Assembly: GCA_963736115.1 (NCBI GenBank)
Contig: CAVTNR010000003.1
Coordinates: 32,001-96,000 of the forward strand
DNA from: an uncultured bacterium
GTDB lineage: Bacteria > Zhuqueibacterota > QNDG01 > DTFT01
Direction: 5' to 3'
DNA: 64,000 nt
The translations under genes were made by a program, and so were the position numbers. Below are positions 60,026 to 64,000 of this stretch, piece after piece (the stretch's first letter is position 1; each line of letters starts with the position of its first letter). Under the pieces are notes generated by a model. That model did no database searches. It was not told where the DNA came from and saw only the letters and a program-made list of their open reading frames with translations.

Positions 60026-60670
60026 ATGGATAATTTAATCGATACTTTGAAGACTTGCTGGTCCGGCCTAATCAAATCCGTTCAGCCACGAATCCAGCTG
60101 TTGAGATCTTTTGACCAGCGCGAACACAGCTATCTTGGCTACAATCTTTGCATAGAGGGAGAATGCGGCGGGCAAACAGGTGAATTTGTTGTTGCTGTCG
60201 GTCCGGGAGCTCATGAGAAGCATAAATTTAAGGCAGGCATGCGATTAAGCGGCCTTTCGATACCGATCCAGGATTCAACGATGGAAATGGCCGGGTACTA
60301 TAAAACGAGTGGTATTAAAATTCTTGAAAAACCTTTGGATAATGTTCCAGAAGGTCCTCCATTCCTCGGCATCCCGCCGAGCCTGGAGACATATCGGACT
60401 CGCGGTCATCTGCGGCTCGACAGCCGTACATACGATTCCAAATGCACAACGTGCATCTGGGGTTGCAGGATGCCTGTCGAAATGATCATCGACCATTGGA
60501 ATCCTTCGCAAGTTGAATACCGGCTGGAGACATTCTGCTACGGGCCCAAGAGTTGCCGGTTTTACAAAGCTGGGCCGCTTCGTCGGGTGCCGGGCCGAAG
60601 AGGGATGTCGTATACGGAGGAAGACTGGGTGGATGAGATGGACACAGAACGTCTCGGGCAGGATGAGTGA
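60026..60670 (+). CDS. Hypothetical protein with a Cys-rich, possibly metal-binding C-terminus
   Basis: GGAG RBS; CTTCIWGC...FCYGPKSC; lower GC than the core genes. Confidence 0.7.
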   Translation: MDNLIDTLKTCWSGLIKSVQPRIQLLRSFDQREHSYLGYNLCIEGECGGQTGEFVVAVGPGAHEKHKFKAGMRLSGLSIPIQDSTMEMAGYYKTSGIKILEKPLDNVPEGPPFLGIPPSLETYRTRGHLRLDSRTYDSKCTTCIWGCRMPVEMIIDHWNPSQVEYRLETFCYGPKSCRFYKAGPLRRVPGRRGMSYTEEDWVDEMDTERLGQDE

Positions 60671-60704
60671 AATTGCTCTAAAGGTAAGAAAAACCGAATC
60701 AGCT

Positions 60705-60769
60705 GAGATTGCCACGGCCCGTCCCCGGATCAAGTCCGGGGCTAGCCTATGGACGGACCTCGCAATGAC
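60705..60769. repeat. GAGATTGC...CTCGCAATGAC REP-like element with a nested CCCCGGATCAAGTCCGGGG hairpin
   Basis: Same ends as 63113-63151, with an extra hairpin at 60723-60741. Confidence 0.7.
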
Positions 60770-60841
60770 TACCGTTTGAAGCTCCGGACGATCATGAAGA
60801 TGAAATAAAATTATAGCCTCAATTTTGTGTAATGAGAACAA

Positions 60842-61047
60842 TTGAATCTGTCAGCGAGCGCATTCCCCGCGGCCCGCTTCGCGGGATCAAGCTGTTTTAT
60901 GGTTGCATTATTGAAGACTTGCCGCGGGGTTAGCGAGCGAATATCAGATGTCTCTTCTCTACAGATAGAAGATTCCCCGCCGCTTGCCTTCAATCAGAAG
61001 GCATATAATAGCTCGGTCCCGCGCAGCGGGACGGCGGGGAGCTTCAA
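60842..61047 (-). mobile_element. MITE-like palindromic element, family B, copy 2, with two nested 45-bp inserts
   Basis: Terminal inverted repeats TTGAA...TTCAA; homologous to 19789-19951; inserts at 60873-60917 and 60987-61031. Confidence 0.78.
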
Positions 61048-61116
61048 TTAACTTACACGTTAGCTTTCATTCTGAAACAGCACCTATTTTCAAAAATTTA
61101 ATGATCGGAGGAGTAA

Positions 61117-61362
61117 ATGGAGAAAAAAATATTAAAAGGATTATCCGACGAAGAATTGAAACAAGAAGTAAAAAAAGGTAAACAAAGAAACCTTTATGAT
61201 GCTGTATTCTTAGGTGTATTGATTGGGATTGCAGCTTATAGTTCCGTAAAAAATGGATTAGGTTTGTTAACTTTTCTTCCCTTAGTCTATCTACCTATAG
61301 CTGTTAAGAATAATAAAAAAACCAAGGAAGTGGATAAATTATTAAAAGAAAGGAATTTATAA
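61117..61362 (+). CDS. Small AT-rich membrane protein (two hydrophobic segments)
   Basis: GGAGGAG RBS; LSDEELK...FLGVLIGIAAYS...LLTFLPLVY...LKERNL; 17/60 G+C in 61141-61200. Confidence 0.7.
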   Translation: MEKKILKGLSDEELKQEVKKGKQRNLYDAVFLGVLIGIAAYSSVKNGLGLLTFLPLVYLPIAVKNNKKTKEVDKLLKERNL

Positions 61363-61487
61363 TAAAGAAATAGCGGACGGGTGGCCATGATGTTGGGTAA
61401 AGATAATAATTCGCCCGGGATTGAGAAATCCTGGACGATCTTCCGTTTGTAACCAAGCATAGATAGCTTTCGTATCATGAATGTACA

Positions 61488-61517
61488 GTAGGGGCGACGC
61501 TGCCACGTCGCCCCTGC
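61488..61517. repeat. GTAG-family REP-like palindrome
   Basis: GTAGGGGCGACG-ctgcca-CGTCGCCCCTGC. Confidence 0.6.
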
Positions 61518-61572
61518 TAATACACCATAAGACCAAGCATCGTATCGAACCCGTTCCTGGAGACTTTTATTA

Positions 61573-63108
61573 ATGAACACAGAGAGCAATCCCTCGCGAC
61601 GAAAAGCTGTAATCGTCTTGCTCATCCTCATGGCCGCCAAGGTCGTGCTGCAGCTCTTTCTCAATAGCCGGGCCGGACTGCACAGGGATGAGTACTTGTA
61701 TCTCGCATTCGCGGATCACATGGACTGGGGCTATGTGTCCGTGCCGCCTATGATCGGTGCATTTTCATGGATCATCCAGAACGTGTTCACGGCCTCTCCG
61801 TTCTGGGTGCGGTTTTTCCCGGTTCTGGCGAGCCTGGCAACCATGGGACTGATGGGATGGATAGTTCTGGAACTGGGCGGAGGGACAATCGCCATGCTTC
61901 TGTCAGGCCTGGCATTCATGTTTTCAGTCTCCTATCTGCGAACAGCCGGGCTGTTCATGCCTGTGGTATTCGACATTCTGCTCTGGACCGGCCTCATTTT
62001 CCTATTCGTCAAATGGATGAAGACGCGTGAACCGAAATGGTGGGCCCTGATTTTTCCCCTGGCAGGCCTCGCGTTTCTCAACAAGTACATGATCGCGCCA
62101 CTCGTGCTCAGTCTGGTGATTGCCGCGTTTTTAACAAAGGACAGAAAACAGGTTTTTTCAAAGTATGGGCTTGCAGGAATTGGCATCGCTTTGCTCATCG
62201 TGCTTCCCAATATCCTCTGGCAATTCAAACACCATCTTCCGGTATTGGAGCATATGGCGGCCTTGAACGCCACGCAGCTCAAGAACGTGAACCGGCTGGC
62301 CTTTCTGATCGATCAACTGCTGATGAGCCCCTCCGGTGTGTGGGTGTGGATCGCGGGCCTGGCAGCGCTTCTCGTTTCCCCGAGATGGAAACAGTTCAGG
62401 CCTTTCGGATGGGCCTGCCTGATTGTTATCTTCATCATGATGGCCCTGCGCGGCAAGAGTTACTATACTTTAGGGTTGTATCCCGCTCTTTTCGCTTTCG
62501 GAGCAGTTGCTCTGGAGCGGATGCACGGCTGGAAGGGCCGGATTTTCCGGAGCGTGGCTGTGGTGTTCGCTTTGGTACTGGCGTTTCCCCTGATTCCTTT
62601 CGCGATGCCCGTGCTTTCACCTCCGGCCATGGCGAAATATGCCAAATCCATCGGATCGCCGGGTCTGACCTGGGAGGACGGAAAGAACCACGCGATTCCG
62701 CAGGATTTCGCGGACATGATGGTGTGGGACGAAATCGGCCGGAAGGTGCGGGACGTGTGGATGGGGCTGGATGAAGATGTCCGGAAGGACGCGGTGATTT
62801 ACGCGGACAATTACGGCCAGGCCGGATCGATCCGGCTTTACGGCAGGCGGGACGGGGTTCCGGAGGCGGTCTCGTTCTCTGATAATTTCATGCTCTGGGC
62901 CCCGGACAGCCTGAAGTTAAAAACCCTGATTGCTGTTTATACAGACACCCTTCATTTCGGAAGTTATTTTAAACGTGCTGAAAAAGTGGCGGTGTTCGAC
63001 AATCCGTATTTTCGGGAGTACGCGACATCGGTATGGATCTACACCGAGCCGGAGCCGAAGTTGTTCCGGGAATATAAAGAATGGATCAGTAGAAGGAGGG
63101 GGGAGTAA
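61573..63108 (+). CDS. GT-C fold membrane glycosyltransferase (ArnT/PMT-like, GT39/83)
   Basis: LHRDEYLY...H.DWGY...PP, many TM helices, LNKY, PN..WQ, GKSYY, periplasmic tail with NYGQAG. Confidence 0.85.
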   Translation: MNTESNPSRRKAVIVLLILMAAKVVLQLFLNSRAGLHRDEYLYLAFADHMDWGYVSVPPMIGAFSWIIQNVFTASPFWVRFFPVLASLATMGLMGWIVLELGGGTIAMLLSGLAFMFSVSYLRTAGLFMPVVFDILLWTGLIFLFVKWMKTREPKWWALIFPLAGLAFLNKYMIAPLVLSLVIAAFLTKDRKQVFSKYGLAGIGIALLIVLPNILWQFKHHLPVLEHMAALNATQLKNVNRLAFLIDQLLMSPSGVWVWIAGLAALLVSPRWKQFRPFGWACLIVIFIMMALRGKSYYTLGLYPALFAFGAVALERMHGWKGRIFRSVAVVFALVLAFPLIPFAMPVLSPPAMAKYAKSIGSPGLTWEDGKNHAIPQDFADMMVWDEIGRKVRDVWMGLDEDVRKDAVIYADNYGQAGSIRLYGRRDGVPEAVSFSDNFMLWAPDSLKLKTLIAVYTDTLHFGSYFKRAEKVAVFDNPYFREYATSVWIYTEPEPKLFREYKEWISRRRGE

Positions 63109-63112
63109 ATCC

Positions 63113-63186
63113 GAGATTGCTTCGGCCCGCGGCAGCGGGCCTCGCAATGACATATTTCTCTCCCCGCAGGGGCTCCTGCCCCTGCG
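63113..63186. repeat. REP-like pair between convergent genes
   Basis: GAGATTGCTTCGGCCCGC-ggca-GCGGGCCTCGCAATGAC (63113-63151) then CGCAGGGGC-tcct-GCCCCTGCG (63165-63186). Confidence 0.65.
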
Positions 63187-63229
63187 ATCGCCGCGCGGAG
63201 GGACATTGTTCAAACCGAGGGATGAAGGA

Positions 63230-64000
63230 TCACCCTTCCAGTTCAACCAGCCATTTTTGTAAAAACGTTTTCGTTGCTGCAGTCGCCTCTCTGCCGGCCC
63301 TGAAACACAGCTTCCAGTCATGTGACTTGGCTTCGTAATCCTCGACCGCAAAGATCCACACCGCATTTTTTTTAATCAGTTTCGCGTTGAAATCCACGTC
63401 CGCGCTCATGGCGAGGAATTCCCGGATGCGGACTGCGATCAGCTTTTTCGGATTTTCAGGGAAATCGCGGTTCCATGCGGCCAGAGCTTCTTCGTATTCG
63501 CTCCTGCCTGAGCTACCCTGGTTCTTGAGCATTTGGCCGATCATTTCCCTCTGGGACGGGTCTTTCTCCATTGTCGTGATCTGATCGATCATCTGTTTAA
63601 AACCGGCCTCGAGTGTTTTCTTTGTCTCAGCATCCATGGAAGCCATTGCCTTGCGTGATTCCGCAAACTGCGCTTCCAGGTCCTTTTTCTGGCCCGCGAA
63701 ATAGGCATCCACGGTTTGCGCGGCTTTCGGAGGCTCCGGTTTGTTTTCATTGCGGATGGAGGCATACTTTGCGGTGAATTCAGAGGAAGCCGAATAGGAC
63801 CGGATCCAGGTCAGGCCTGATTTCACGATTCCGGCCCTGTCTCCTGTAGCGAGGGCTTTGAAGGTGCCGAACGCATCCCGGTGATAAGCCCTGCCGGTGC
63901 GGAGCATGTCCAGAACGGCTTCGCCCGCGTCAGCAGGCGTGATCTTCAACCGAGACAGCGCGTCAGTGCTGGTCTGGGTCAGAGCGGTTCCTATGATCCC
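63230..64000 (-). CDS. Hypothetical protein, 5'-truncated, helical/coiled-coil
   Basis: Frame stays open to the window end (GIIGTALTQTSTDALSRLKITP...); C-terminal DVDF.AKL...YE.K...WK..FRAG.E...W..EL. Confidence 0.7.
   Translation of the reverse strand, partial: GIIGTALTQTSTDALSRLKITPADAGEAVLDMLRTGRAYHRDAFGTFKALATGDRAGIVKSGLTWIRSYSASSEFTAKYASIRNENKPEPPKAAQTVDAYFAGQKKDLEAQFAESRKAMASMDAETKKTLEAGFKQMIDQITTMEKDPSQREMIGQMLKNQGSSGRSEYEEALAAWNRDFPENPKKLIAVRIREFLAMSADVDFNAKLIKKNAVWIFAVEDYEAKSHDWKLCFRAGREATAATKTFLQKWLVELEG

Noticed and set aside
60842-61047. Possible mini-CRISPR array (constant flanks with variable cores)
   Set aside because: The units are not tandem direct repeats, face opposite ways, have very short cores, and no cas genes are present.
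59987-63230. Integron cassette array
   Set aside because: No intI, and the intergenic palindromes lack RYYYAAC...GTTRRRY attC ends.

Overview
GC-rich bacterial chromosome segment. A T9SS translocon together with canonical sigma70 promoters and Shine-Dalgarno sites suggests a non-Bacteroidia FCB lineage such as KSB1/Calditrichota-like (inference). Left to right: a 5'-truncated sprA; rsmI-PIP synthase-panD-ino1-MATE; an S41 protease; ppdK; the replication-origin block dnaA-oriC-dnaN-dciA-gyrB-gyrA, lacking recF and rpmH and followed by an orphan archease; a glycan-utilisation locus with no SusD (hybrid two-component sensor, TonB-dependent receptor, ~1,130-aa T9SS-CTD protein, its own PorV paralogue, GH97, CBM, GH71/99-like, GH5); an ATL protein; a minus-strand run kamA-AsmA/YdbH-like-DUF1318 lipoprotein-2,744-aa exported PD40/TPR/double-CHAT protease-suhB; and small accessory genes. 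Intergenic DNA carries several families of palindromic repeats, including a structured 158-bp repeat with compensatory changes and a MITE whose hairpins hold nested ~45-50-bp inserts with variable cores. The best candidates for an undescribed system are (1) the YdbH-like/YdbL/giant caspase-like protease module, (2) the TBDR + CTD protein + PorV triad in place of SusC/SusD, and (3) the nested-insert MITE. No rRNA, tRNA, CRISPR array or transposase gene was recognised. All calls come from reading the sequence by eye; no searches were run.
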